A DNA stretch of 64,000 nucleotides from Auanema rhodensis (GCA_964057225.1 CAXKVF010000072.1:310001-374000); one strand, 5' to 3'; positions 28,201 through 43,600 are shown, counted from the first letter of the stretch. Numbers and translations: made by a program. The notes: generated by a model not told the origin, from the letters alone.

Positions 28201-31200
28201 CACATCACGTGTACATTTAATTAGCATAAATTAAAGTTCACGTAAATTTCAAAGTCATGGTTACCATGCACCAATATCAATAAAAATTTGTTTTTAGACT
28301 AATATGGACATGGGGAATCTAATTTTGAGAACCGCATCTCTTTATCTTTCACGTGAAGCGAGTTACATACCAAGTGCACATCACGTGTACATTTAATTAG
28401 CATAAATTAAAGTTCACGTAAATTTCAAAGTCATGGTTACCATGCACCAATATCAATAAAAATTTGTTTTTAGACTAATATGGACATGGGGAATCTAATT
28501 TTGAAAACCGCATCTCTTTATCTTTCACGTGAAGCGAGTTACATACCAAGTGCACATCACGTGTACATTTAATTAGCATAAATTAAAGTTCACGTAAAAT
28601 TCAAAGTCATGGTTACCATGCACCAATATCAATAAAAATTTGTTTTTAGACTAATATGGACATGGGGAATCTAATTTTGAAAACCGCATCTCTTTATCTT
28701 TCACGTGAAGCGAGTTACATACCAAGTGCACATCACGTGTACATTTAATTAGCATAAATTAAAGTTCACGTAAATTTCAAAGTCATGGTTACCATGCACC
28801 AATATCAATAAAAAGTTGTTTTTAGACTAATATGGAAATGGGGAATCTAATTTTGAAAACCGCATCTCTTTATCTTTCACGTGAAGCGAGTTACATACCA
28901 AGTGCACATCACGTGTACACTTAATAAGCATAAATTAAAGTTCACGTAAATTTCAAACTCATGGTTACCATGCACCAATATCAATAAAAATTTGTTTTTA
29001 GACTAATATGGACATGGGGAATCTAATTTTGAAAACCGCATCTCTTTATCTTTCACGTGAAGCGAGTTACATACCAAGTGCACATCACGTGTACATTTAA
29101 TTAGCATAAATTAAAGTTCACGTAAATTTCAAAGTCATGGTTACCATGAACCAATATCAATAAAAATTTGTTTTTAGACTAATATGGACATGGAGAATCT
29201 AATTTTGAAAACCGCATCTCTTTATCTTTCACGTGAAGCGAGTTACATACCAAGTGCACATCACGTGTACATTTAATTAGCATAAATTAAAGTTCACGTA
29301 AATTTCAAAGTCATGGTTACCATGAACCAATATCAATAAAAATTTGTTTTTAGACTAATATGGACATGGGGAATCTAATTTTGGAAACCGCATCTCTTTA
29401 TCTTTCACGTGAAGCGAGTTACATACCAAGTGCACATCACGTGTACATTTAATTAGCATAAATTAAAGTTCACGTAAATTTCAAAGTCTTGGTTACCATG
29501 AAGCAATATCAATAAAAATTTGTTTTTAGACTAATATGGACATGGGGAATCTAATTTTGAAAACCGCATCTCTTTATCTTTCACGTGAAGCGAGTTACAT
29601 ACCAAGTGCACATCACGTGTACATTTAATTAGCATAAATTAAAGTTCACGTAAATTTCAAAGTCATGGTTACCATGAACCAATATCAATAAAAATTTGTT
29701 TTTAGACTAATATGGACATGGGGAATCTAATTTTGAAAACCGCATCTCTTTATCTTTCACGTGAAGCGAGTTACATACCAAGTGCACATCACGTGTACAT
29801 TTAATTAGCATAAATTAAAGTTCACGTAAATTTCAAAGTCATGGTTACCATGAAGCAATATCAATAAAAATTTGTTTTTAGACTAATATGGACATGGGGA
29901 ATCTAATTTTGAAAACCGCATCTCTTTATCTCTCACGTGAAGCGAGTTACATACCAAGTGCACATCACGTGTACATTTAATTAGCATGAATTAAAGTTCA
30001 CGTAAATTTCAAAGTCATGGTTACCATGCACCAATATCAATAAAAATTTGTTTTTAGACTACTATGGACATGGAGAATCTAATTTTGAAAACCGCATCTC
30101 TTTATCTTTCACGTGAAGCGAGTTACATACCAAGTGCACATCACGTGTACATTTAATTAGCATAAATTAAAGTTCACGTAAATTTCAAAGTCATGGTTAC
30201 CATGCACCAATATCAATAAAAATTTGTTTTTAGACTAATATGGACATGGGGAATCTAATTTTGAAAACCGCATCTCTTTATCTTTCACGTGAAGCGAGTT
30301 ACATACCAAGTGCACATCACGTGTACATTTAATAAGCATAAATTAAAGTTCACGTAAATTTCAAAGTCATGGTTACCATGCACCAATATCAATAAAAAGT
30401 TGTTTTTAGACTAATATGGACATGGGGAATCTAATTTTGAAAACCGCATCTCTTTATCTTTCACGTGAAGCGAGTTACATACCAAGTGCACATCACGTGT
30501 ACATTTAATTAGCATAAATTAAAGTTCACGTAAATTTCAAAGTCATGGTTACCATGCACCAATATCAATAAAAATTTGTTTTTAGACTAATATGGACATG
30601 GGGAATCTAATTTTGAAAACCGCATCTCTTTATCTTTCACGTGAAGCGAGTTACATACCAAGTGCACATCACGTGTACATTTAATTAGCATAAATTAAAG
30701 TTCACGTAAATTTCAAAGTCATGGTTACCATGAACCAATATCAATAAAAATTTGTTTTTAGACTAATATGGACATGGGGAATCTAATTTTGAAAACCGCA
30801 TCTCTTTATCTTTCACGTGAAGCGAGTTACATACCAAGTGCACATCACGTGTACATTTAATAAGCATAAATTAAAGTTCACGTAAATTTCAAAGTCATGG
30901 TTACCATGCACCAATATCAATAAAAAGTTGTTTTTAGACTAATATGGACATGGGGAATCTAATTTTGAAAACCGCATCTCTTTATCTTTCACGTGAAGCG
31001 AGTTACATACCAAGTGCACATCACGTGTACATTTAATTAGCATAAATTAAAGTTCACGTAAATTTCAAAGTCATGGTTACCATGCACCAATATCAATAAA
31101 AATTTGTTTTTAGACTAATATGGACATGGGGAATCTAATTTTGAAAACCGCATCTCTTTATCTTTCACGTGAAGCGAGTTACATACCAAGTGCACATCAC

Positions 31201-32023
31201 GTGTACATTTAATTAGCATAAATTAAAGTTCACGTAAATTTCAAAGTCATGGTTACCATGAACCAATATCAATAAAAATTTGTTTTTAGACTAATATGGA
31301 CATGGGGAATCTAATTTTGAAAACCGCATCTCTTTATCTTTCACGTGAAGCGAGTTACATACCAAGTGCACATCACGTGTACATTTAATTAGCATAAATT
31401 AAAGTTCACGTAAATTTCAAAGTCATGGTTACCATGAAGCAATATCAATAAAAATTTGTTTTTAGACTAATATGGACATGGGGAATCTAATTTTGAAAAC
31501 CGCATCTCTTTATCTTTCACGTGAAGCGAGTTACATACCAAGTGCACATCACGTGTACATTTAATTAGCATAAATTAAAGTTCACGTAAATTTCAAAGTC
31601 ATGGTTACCATGAACCAATATCAATAAAAATTTGTTTTTAGACTAATATGGACATGGGGAATCTAATTTTGAAAACCGCATCTCTTTATCTTTCACGTGA
31701 AGCGAGTTACATACCAAGTGCACATCACGTGTACATTTAATTAGCATAAATTAAAGTTCACGTAAATTTCAAAGTCATGGTTACCATGCACCAATATCAA
31801 TAAAAATTTGTTTTTAGACTAATATGGACATGGGGAATCTAATTTTGAAAACCGCATCTCTTTATCTTTTACGTGAAGCGAGTTACATACCAAGTGCACA
31901 TCACGTGTACATTTAATTAGCATAAATTAAAATTCACGTAAATTTCAAAGTCATGGTTACCATGAACCAATATCAATAAAAATTTGTTTTTAGACTAATA
32001 TGGACATGGGTAATCTAATTTTG

Positions 32024-32344
32024 AAAACCGCATCTCTTTATCTTTCACGTGAAGCGAGTTACATACCAAGTGCACATCACGTGTACATTTAATTAGTATC
32101 TCTTTATCTTTCACGTGAAGCGAGTTACATAAGCGAGTTACATACCAAGTGCACATCACGTGTACTTTTAATTAGCATCTCTTTATCTTTCACGTGAAGC
32201 GAGTTACATACCAAGTGCACATCACGTGTACATTTAATTAGCATAAATTAAAGTTCACGTAAATTTCAAAGTCATGGTTACCATGCACCAATATCAATAA
32301 AAATTTGTTTTTAGACTAATATGGACATGGGGAATCTAATTTTG
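32024..32344 (+). repeat. 321-bp rearranged monomer: pos 11-76 (66 bp) present three times, the middle copy carrying a nested 13-bp tandem duplication
   Basis: Junctions ATTAGTAT|CTCTTT at 32099/32100 and ATTAGCAT|CTCTTT at 32178/32179; AAGCGAGTTACAT is doubled at 32118-32143; 176+66+79=321. Confidence 0.95.
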
Positions 32345-35300
32345 AAAACCGCATCTCTTCATCTTTCACGTGAAGCGAGTTACATACCAAGTGCACATCA
32401 CGTGTACATTTAATTAGCATAAATTAAAGTTCACGTAAATTTCAAAGTCATGGTTACCATGAACCAATATCAATAAAAATTTGTTTTTAGACTAATATGG
32501 ACATGGGGAATCTAATTTTGAAAACCGCATCTCTTTATCTTTCACGTGAAGCGAGTTACATACCAAGTGCACATCACGTGTACATTTAATTAGTATAAAT
32601 TAAAGTTCACGTAAATTTCAAAGTCATGGTTACCATGAAGCAATATCAATAAAAATTTGTTTTTAGACTAATATGGACATGGGGAATCTAATTTTGAAAA
32701 CCGCATCTCTTTATCTTTCACGTGAAGCGAGTTACATACCAAGTGCACATCACGTGTACATTTAATTAGCATAAATTAAAGTTCACGTAAATTTCAAAGT
32801 CATGGTTACCATGAACCAATATCAATAAAAATTTGTTTTTAGACTAATATGGACATGGGGAATCTAATTTTGAAAACCGCATCTCTTTATCTTTCACGTG
32901 AAGCGAGTTACATACCAAGTGCACATCACGTGTACATTTAATTAGCATAAATTAAAGTTCACGTAAATTTCAAAGTCATGGTTACCATGAACCAATATCA
33001 ATAAAAATTTGTTTTTAGACTAATATGGACATGGGGAATCTAATTTTGGAAACCGCATCTCTTTATCTTTCACGTGAAGCGAGTTACATACCAAGTGCAC
33101 ATCACGTGTACATTTAATTAGCATAAATTAAAGTTCACGTAAATTTCAAAGTCATGGTTACCATGAAGCAATAACAATAAAAATTTGTTTTTAGACTAAT
33201 ATGGACATGGGGAATCTAATTTTGAAAACCGCATCTCTTTATCTTTCACGTGAAGCGAGTTACATACCAAGTGCACATCACGTGTACATTTAATTAGCAT
33301 AAATTAAAGTTCACGTAAATTTCAAAGTCATGGTTACCATGAACCAATATCAATAAAAATTTGTTTTTAGACTAATATGGACATGGGGAATCTAATTTTG
33401 AAAACCGCATCTCTTTATCTTTCACGTGAAGCGAGTTACATACCAAGTGCACATCACGTGTACATTTAATTAGCATAAATTAAAGTTCACGTAAATTTCA
33501 AAGTCATGGTTACCATGAAGCAATATCAATAACAATTCGTTTTTAGACTAATATGGACATGGGGAATCTAATTTTGAAAACCGCATCTCTTTATCTTTCA
33601 CGTGAAGCGAGTTACATACCAAGTGCACATCACGTGTACATTTAATTAGCATAAATTAAAGTTCACGTAAATTTCAAAGTCATGGTTACCATGAAGCAAT
33701 ATCAATAAAAATGTGTTTTTAGACTAATATGGACATGGGGAATCTAATTTTGAAAACCGCATCTCTTTATCTTTCACGTGAAGCGAGTTACATACCAAGT
33801 GCACATCACGTGTACATTTAATTAGCATAAATTAAAGTTCACGTAAATTTCAAAGTCATGGTTACCATGAACCAATATCAATAAAAATTCGTTTTTAGAC
33901 TAATATGGACATGGGGAATCTAATTTTGAAAACCGCATCTCTTTATCTTTCACGTGAAGCGAGTTACATACCAAGTGCACATCACGTGTACATTTAATTA
34001 GCATAAATTAAAGTTCACGTAAATTTCAAAGTCATGGTTACCATGCACCAATATCAATAAAAATTTGTTTTTAGACTAATATGGACATGGGGAATCTAAT
34101 TTTGAAAACCGCATCTCTTTATCTTTTACGTGAAGCGAGTTACATACCAAGTGCACATCACGTGTACATTTAATTAGCATAAATTAAAGTTCACGTAAAT
34201 TTCAAAGTCATGGTTACCATGCACCAATATCAATAAAAATTTGTTTTTAGACTAATATGGACATGGGGGATCTAATTTTGAAAACCGCATCTCTTTATCT
34301 TTCACGTGAAGCGAGTTACATACCAAGTGCACATCACGTGTACATTTAACTAGCATAAATTAAAGTTCACGTAAATTTCAAAGTCATGGTTACCATGAAC
34401 CAATATCAATAAAAATTTGTTTTTAGACCAATATGGACATGGGTATTCTAATTTTGAAAACCGCATCTCTTTATCTTTCACGTGAAGCGAGTTACATACC
34501 AAGTGCACATCACGTGTACATTTAATTAGCATAAATTAAAGTTCACGTAAATTTCAAAGTCATGGTTACCATGCACCAATATCAATAAAAATTTGTTTTC
34601 AGACTAATATGGACATGGGGAATCTAATTTTGAAAACCGCATCTCTTTATCTTTCACGTGAAGCGAGTTACATACCAAGTGCACATCACGTGTACATTTA
34701 ATTAGCATAAATTAAAGTTCACGTAAATTTCAAAGTCATGGTTACCATGAAGCAATATCAATAAAAATTTGTTTTTAGACTAATATGGACATGGGGAATC
34801 TAATTTTGAAAACCGCATCTCTTTATCTTTCACGTGAAGCGAGTTACATACCAAGTGCACATCACGTGTACATTTAATTAGCATAAATTAAAGTTCACGT
34901 AAAATTCAAAGTCATGGTTACCATGAACCAATATCAATAAAAATTTGTTTTTAGACTAATATGGACATGGGGAATCTAATTGTGAAAACCGCATCTCTTT
35001 ATCTTTCACGTGAAGCGAGTTACATACCAAGTGCACATCACGTGTACATTTGATTAGCATAAACTAAAGTTCACGTAAATTTCAAAGTCATGGTTACCAT
35101 GAACCAATATCAATAAAAATTTGTTTTTAGACTAATATGGACATGGGGAATCTAATTTTGAAAACCGCATCTCTTTATCTTTCACGTGAAGCGAGTTACA
35201 TACCAAGTGCACATCACGTGTACATTTGATTAGCATAAACTAAAGTTCACGTAAATTTCAAAGTCATGGTTACCATGAACCAATATCAATAAAAATTTGT

Positions 35301-35688
35301 TTTTAGACTAATATGGACATGGGGAATCTATTTTTGAAAACCGCATCTCTTTAACTTTCACGTGAAGCGAGTTACATACCAAGTGCACATCACGTGTACA
35401 TTTAATTAGCATAAATTAAAGTTCACGTAAATTTCAAAGTCATGGTTACCATGCACCAATATCAATAAAAATTTGTTTTTAGACTAATATGGACATGGGG
35501 AATATAATTTTGAAAACCGCATCTCTTTATCTTTCACGTGAAGCGAGTTACATACCAAGTGCACATCACGTGTACATTTAATTAGCATAAATTAAAGTTC
35601 ACGTAAAATTCAAAGTCATGGTTACCATGCACCAATATCAATAAAAATTTGTTTTTAGACTAATATGGACATGGGGAATCTAATTTTG

Positions 35689-38600
35689 AAAACCGCATCT
35701 CTTTATCTTTCACGTGAAGCGAGTTACATACCAAGTGCACATCACGTGTACATTTAATTAGCATAAATTAAAGTTCACGTAAATTTCAAAGTCATGGTTA
35801 CCATGCACCAATATCAATAAAAATTTGTTTTTAGACTAATATGGACATGGGGAATCTAATTTTGAAAACCGCATCTCTTTATCTTTCACGTGAAGCGAGT
35901 TACATACCAAGTGCACATCACGTGTACATTTAATTAGCATAAATTAAAGTTCACGTAAATTTCAAAGTCATGGTTACCATGAATCAATATCAATAAAAAT
36001 TTGTTTTTAGACTAATATGGACATGGGGAATATAATTTTGAAAACCGCATCTCTTTATCTTTCACGTGAAGCGAGTTACATACCAAGTGCACATCACGTG
36101 TACATTTAATTAGCATAAATTAAAGTTCACGTAAAATTCAAAGTCATGGTTACCATGCACCAATATCAATAAAAATTTGTTTTTAGACTAATATGGACAT
36201 GGGGAATCTAATTTTGAAAACCGCATCTCTTTATCTTTCACGTGAAGCGAGTTACATACCAAGTGCACATCACGTGTACATTTAATTAGCATAAATTAAA
36301 GTTCACGTAAATTTCAAAGTCATGGTTACCATGCACCAATATCAATAAAAATTTGTTTTTAGACTAATATGGACATGGGGAATCTAATTTTGAAAACCGC
36401 ATCTCTTTATCTTTCACGTGAAGCGAGTTACATACCAAGTGCACATCACGTGTACATTTAATTAGCATAAATTAAAGTTCACGTAAAATTCAAAGTCATG
36501 GTTACCATGCACCAATATCAATAAAAATTTGTTTTTAGACTAATATGGACATGGGGAATCTAATTTTGAAAACCGCATCTCTTTATCTTTCACGTGAAGC
36601 GAGTTACATACCAAGTGCACATCACGTGTACATTTAATTTGCATAAATTAAAGTTCACGTAAATTTCAAAGTCATGGTTACCATGCACCAATATCAATAA
36701 AAATTTGTTTTTAGACTAATATGGACATGGGGAATCTAATTTTGAAAACCGCATCTCTTTATCTTCCACGTGAAGCAAGTTACATACCAAGTGCACATCA
36801 CGTGTACATTTAATTAGCATAAATTAAAGTTCACGTAAATTTCAAATTCATGGTTACCATGCACCAATATCAATAAAAATTTGTTTTTAGACTAATATGG
36901 ACATGGGGAATCTAATTTTGAAAACCGCATCTCTTTATCTTTCACGTGAAGCGAGTTACATACCAAGTGCACATCACGTGTACATTTAATTAGCATAAAT
37001 TAAAGTTCACGTAAATTTCAAAGTCATGGTTACCATGAACCAATATCAATAAAAATTTGTTTTTAGACTAATATGGACATGGGGAATATAAGTTTGAAAA
37101 CCGCATCTCTTTATCTTTCACGTGAAGCGAGTTACATACCAAGTGCACATCACGTGTACATTTAATTAGCATAAATTAAAGTTCACGTAAATTTCAAAGT
37201 CATGGTTACCATGCACCAATATCAATAAAAATTTGTTTTTAGACTAATATGGACATGGGGAATCTAATTTTGAAAACCGCATCTCTTTATCTTTCACGTG
37301 AAGCGAGTTACATACCAAGTGCACATCACGTGTACATTTAATTAGCATAAATTAAAGTTCACGTAAATTTCAAAGTCATGGTTACCATGCACCAATATCA
37401 ATAAAAATTTGTTTTTAGACTAATATGGACATGGGGAATCTAATTTTGAAAACCGCATCTCTTTATCTTTCACGTGAAGCGAGTTACATACCAAGTGCAC
37501 ATCACGTGTACATTTAATTAGCATAAATTAAAGTTCACGTAAATTTCAAAGTCATGGTTACCATGCACCAATATCAATAAAAATTTGTTTTTAGACTAAT
37601 ATGGACATGGGGAATCTAATTTTGAAAACCGCATCTCTTTATCTTTCACGTGAAGCGAGTTACATACCAAGTGCACATCACGTGTACATTTAATTAGCAT
37701 AAATTAAAGTTCACGTAAATTTCAAAGTCATGGTTACCATGCACCAATATCAATAAAAATTTGTTTTTAGACTAATATGGACATGGGGAATTTAATTTTG
37801 AAAACTGAATCTCTTTATCTTTCACGTGAAGCGAGTTACATACCAAGTGCACATCACGTGTACATTTAATTTGCATAAATTAAAGTTCACGTAAAATTCA
37901 AAGTCATGGTTACCATGCACCAATATCAATAAAAATTTGTTTTTAGACTAATATGGACATGGGGAATCTAATTTTGAAAACCGCATCTCTTTATCTTTCA
38001 CGTGAAGCGAGTTACATACCAAGTGCACATCACGTGTACATTTAATTAGCATAAATTAAAGTTCACGTAAATTTCAAAGTCATGGTTACCATGCACCAAT
38101 ATCAATAAAAATTTGTTTTTAGACTAATATGGACATGGGGAATCTAATTTTGAAAACCGCATCTCTTTATCTTTCACGTGAAGCGAGTTACATACCAAGT
38201 GCACATCACGTGTACATTTAATTAGCATAAATTAAAGTTCACGTAAATTTCAAAGTCATGGTTACCATGAACCAATATCAATAAAAATTTGTTTTTAGAC
38301 TAATATGGACATGGGGAATCTAATTTTGAAAACCGCATCTCTTTATCTTTCACGTGAAGCGAGTTACATACCAAGTGCACATCACGTGTACATTTAATTA
38401 GCATAAATTAAAGTTCACGTAAATTTCAAAGTCATGGTTACCATGCACCAATATCAATAAAAATTTGTTTTTAGACTAATATGGACATGGGGAATCTAAT
38501 TTTGAAAACCGCATCTCTTTATCTTTCACGTGAAGCGAGTTACATACCAAGTGCACATCACGTGTACATTTAATTAGCATAAATTAAAGTTCACGTAAAT

Positions 38601-41600
38601 TTCAAAGTCATGGTTACCATGAATCAATATCAATAAAAATTTGTTTTTAGACTAATATGGACATGGGGAATATAATTTTGAAAACCGCATCTCTTTATCT
38701 TTCACGTGAAGCGAGTTACATACCAAGTGCACATCACGTGTACATTTAATTAGCATAAATTAAAGTTCACGTAAAATTCAAAGTCATGGTTACCATGCAC
38801 CAATATCAATAAAAATTTGTTTTTAGACTAATATGGACATGGGGAATCTAATTTTGAAAACCGCATCTCTTTATCTTTCACGTGAAGCGAGTTACATACC
38901 AAGTGCACATCACGTGTACATTTAATTAGCATAAATTAAAGTTCACGTAAATTTCAAAGTCATGGTTACCATGCACCAATATCAATAAAAATTTGTTTTT
39001 AGACTAATATGGACATGGGGAATCTAATTTTGAAAACCGCATCTCTTTATCTTTCACGTGAAGCGAGTTACATACCAAGTGCACATCACGTGTACATTTA
39101 ATTAGCATAAATTAAAGTTCACGTAAAATTCAAAGTCATGGTTACCATGCACCAATATCAATAAAAATTTGTTTTTAGATTAATATGGACATGGGGAATC
39201 TAATTTTGAAAACCGCATCTCTTTATCTTTCACGTGAAGCGAGTTACATACCAAGTGCACATCACGTGTACATTTAATTTGCATAAATTAAAGTTCACGT
39301 AAATTTCAAAGTCATGGTTACCATGCACCAATATCAATAAAAATTTGTTTTTAGACTAATATGGACATGGGGAATCTAATTTTGAAAACCGCATCTCTTT
39401 ATCTTCCACGTGAAGCGAGTTACATACCAAGTGCACATCACGTGTACATTTAATTAGCATAAATTAAAGTTCACGTAAATTTCAAATTCATGGTTACCAT
39501 GCACCAATATCAATAAAAATTTGTTTTTAGACTAATATGGACATGGGGAATCTAATTTTGAAAACCGCATCTCTTTATCTTTCACGTGAAGCGAGTTACA
39601 TACCAAGTGCACATCACGTGTACATTTAATTAGCATAAATTAAAGTTCACGTAAATTTCAAAGTCATGGTTACCATGAACCAATATTAATAAAAATTTGT
39701 TTTTAGACTAATATGGACATGGGGAATATAAGTTTGAAAACCGCATCTCTCTATCTTTCACGTGAAGCGAGTTACATACCAAGTGCACATCACGTGTACA
39801 TTTAATTAGCATAAATTAAAGTTCACGTAAATTTCAAAGTCATGGTTACCATGCACCAATATCAATAAAAATTTGTTTTTAGACTAATATGGACATGGGG
39901 AATCTAATTTTGAAAACCGCATCTCTTTATCTTTCACGTGAAGCGAGTTACATACCAAGTGCACATCACGTGTACATTTAATTAGCATAAATTAAAGTTC
40001 ACGTAAATTTCAAAGTCATGGTTACCATGCACCAATATCAATAAAAATTTGTTTTTAGACTAATATGGACATGGGGAATCTAATTTTGAAAACCGCATCT
40101 CTTTATCTTTCACGTGAAGCGAGTTACATACCAAGTGCACATCACGTGTACATTTAATTAGCATAAATTAAAGTTCACGTAAATTTCAAAGTCATGGTTA
40201 CCATGCACCAATATCAATAAAAATTTGTTTTGAGACTAATATGGACATGGGGAATCTAATTTTGAAAACCGCATCTCTTTATCTTTCACGTGAAGCGAGT
40301 TACATACCAAGTGCACATCACGTGTACATTTAATTAGCATAAATTAAAGTTCACGTAAATTTCAAAGTCATGGTTACCATGCACCAATATCAATAAAAAT
40401 TTGTTTTTAGACTAATATGGACATGGGGAATCTAATTTTGAAAACTGAATCTCTTTATCTTTCACGTGAAGCGAGTTACATACCAAGTGCACATCACGTG
40501 TACATTTAATTTGCATAAATTAAAGTTCACGTAAAATTCAAAGTCATGGTTACCATGCACCAATATCAATAAAAATTTGTTTTTAGACTAATATGGACAT
40601 GGGGAATCTAATTTTGAAAACCGCATCTCTTTATCTTTCACGTGAAGCGAGTTACATACCAAGTGCACATCACGTGTACATTTAATTAGCATAAATTAAA
40701 GTTCACGTAAATTTCAAAGTCATGGTTACCATGCACCAATATCAATAAAAATTTGTTTTTAGACTAATATGGACATGGGGAATCTAATTTTGAAAACCGC
40801 ATCTCTTTATCTTTCACGTGAAGCGAGTTACATACCAAGTGCACATCACGTGTACATTTAATTAGCATAAATTAAAGTTCACGTAAATTTCAAAGTCATG
40901 GTTACCATGAATCAATATCAATAAAAATTTGTTTTTAGACTAATATGGACATGGGGAATATAATTTTGAAAACCGCATCTCTTTATCTTTCACGTGAAGC
41001 GAGTTACATACCAAGTGCACATCACGTGTACATTTAATTAGCATAAATTAAAGTTCACGTAAATTTCAAAGTCATGGTTACCATGAATCAATATCAATAA
41101 AAATTTGTTTTTAGACTAATATGGACATGGGGAATATAATTTTGAAAACCGCATCTCTTTATCTTTCACGTGAAGCGAGTTACATACCAAGTGCACATCA
41201 CGTGTACATTTAATTAGCATAAATTAAAGTTCACGTAAAATTCAAAGTCATGGTTACCATGCACCAATATCAATAAAAATTTGTTTTTAGACTAATATGG
41301 ACATGGGGAATCTAATTTTGAAAACCGCATCTCTTTATCTTTCACGTGAAGCGAGTTACATACCAAGTGCACATCACGTGTACATTTAATTAGCATAAAT
41401 TAAAGTTCACGTAAAATTCAAAGTCATGGTTACCATGCACCAATATCAATAAAAATTTATTTTTAGACTAATATGGACATGGGGAATCTAATTTTGAAAA
41501 CCGCATCTCTTTATCTTTCACGTGAAGCGAGTTACATACCAAGTGCACATCACGTGTACATTTAATTAGCATAAATTAAAGTTCACGTAAATTTCAAAGT

Positions 41601-43600
41601 CATGGTTACCATGAATCAATATCAATAAAAATTTGTTTTTAGACTAATATGGACATGGGGAATATAATTTTGAAAACCGCATCTCTTTATCTTTCACGTG
41701 AAGCGAGTTACATACCAAGTGCACATCACGTGTACATTTAATTAGCATAAATTAAAGTTCACGTAAAATTCAAAGTCATGGTTACCATGCACCAATATCA
41801 ATAAAAATTTGTTTTTAGACTAATATGGACATGGGGAATCTAATTTTGAAAACCGCATCTCTTTATCTTTCACGTGAAGCGAGTTACATACCAAGTGCAC
41901 ATCACGTGTACATTTAATTAGCATAAATTAAAGTTCACGTAAATTTCAAAGTCATGGTTACCATGCACCAATATCAATAAAAATTTGTTTTTAGACTAAT
42001 ATGGACATGGGGAATCTAATTTTGAAAACCGCATCTCTTTATCTTTCACGTGAAGCGAGTTACATACCAAGTGCACATCACGTGTACATTTAATTAGCAT
42101 AAATTAAAGTTCACGTAAAATTCAAAGTCATGGTTACCATGCACCAATATCAATAAAAATTTGTTTTTAGACTAATATGGACATGGGGAATCTAATTTTG
42201 AAAACCGCATCTCTTTATCTTTCACGTGAAGCGAGTTACATACCAAGTGCACATCACGTGTACATTTAATTTGCATAAATTAAAGTTCACGTAAATTTCA
42301 AAGTCATGGTTACCATGCACCAATATCAATAAAAATTTGTTTTTAGACTAATATGGACATGGGGAATCTAATTTTGAAAACCGCATCTCTTTATCTTCCA
42401 CGTGAAGCGAGTTACATACCAAGTGCACATCACGTGTACATTTAATTAGCATAAATTAAAGTTCACGTAAATTTCAAATTCATGGTTACCATGCACCAAT
42501 ATCAATAAAAATTTGTTTTTAGACTAATATGGACATGGGGAATCTAATTTTGAAAACCGCATCTCTTTATCTTTCACGTGAAGCGAGTTACATACCAAGT
42601 GCACATCACGTGTACATTTAATTAGCATAAATTAAAGTTCACGTAAAATTCAAAGTCATGGTTACCATGCACCAATATCAATAAAAATTTGTTTTTAGAC
42701 TAATATGGACATGGGGAATCTAATTTTGAAAACCGCATCTCTTTATCTTTCACGTGAAGCGAGTTACATACCAAGTGCACATCACGTGTACATTTAATTA
42801 GCATAAATTAAAGTTCACGTAAATTTCAAAGTCATGGTTACCATGCACCAATATCAATAAAAATTTGTTTTTAGACTAATATGGACATGGGGAATCTAAT
42901 TTTGAAAACCGCATCTCTTTATCTTTCACGTGAAGCGAGTTACATACCAAGTGCACATCACGTGTACATTTAATTAGCATAAATTAAAGTTCACGTAAAT
43001 TTCAAAGTCATGGTTACCATGCACCAATATCAATAAAAATTTGTTTTTAGACTAATATGGACATGGGGAATCTAATTTTGAAAACTGAATCTCTTTATCT
43101 TTCACGTGAAGCGAGTTACATACCAAGTGCACATCACGTGTACATTTAATTTGCATAAATTAAAGTTCACGTAAAATTCAAAGTCATGGTTACCATGCAC
43201 CAATATCAATAAAAATTTGTTTTTAGACTAATATGGACATGGGGAATCTAATTTTGAAAACCGCATCTCTTTATCTTTCACGTGAAGCGAGTTACATACC
43301 AAGTGCACATCACGTGTACATTTAATTAGCATAAATTAAAGTTCACGTAAATTTCAAAGTCATGGTTACCATGCACCAATATCAATCAAAATTTGTTTTT
43401 AGACTAATATGGACATGGGGAATCTAATTTTGAAAACCGCATCTCTTTATCTTTCACGTGAAGCGAGTTACATACCAAGTGCACATCACGTGTACATTTA
43501 ATTAGCATAAATTAAAGTTCACGTAAATTTCAAAGTCATGGTTACCATGAACCAATATCAATAAAAATTTGTTTTTAGACTAATATGGACATGGGGAATC
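35689..43600 (+). repeat. ~15-monomer (2640-bp) higher-order repeat in three imperfect copies; boundaries approximate
   Basis: AAAACTGAAT occurs at 37801, 40441 and 43081. Other markers pair at +2640: 35984/38624, 36640/39280, 36766/39406, 36847/39487. Confidence 0.85.

Noticed and set aside
34350-34532. 60-aa minus-strand ORF from the ORF track
   Set aside because: It spans about one monomer and is open only because a private substitution (AGACTA>AGACCA at 34429) removes a stop present in other copies. It has no recognisable protein features or gene context.
35045-35245. Linked A68G + T80C as a compensatory change in the 65-84 hairpin
   Set aside because: Pos 68 pairs with 81 and pos 80 with 69, so the changes are off register and weaken the stem.
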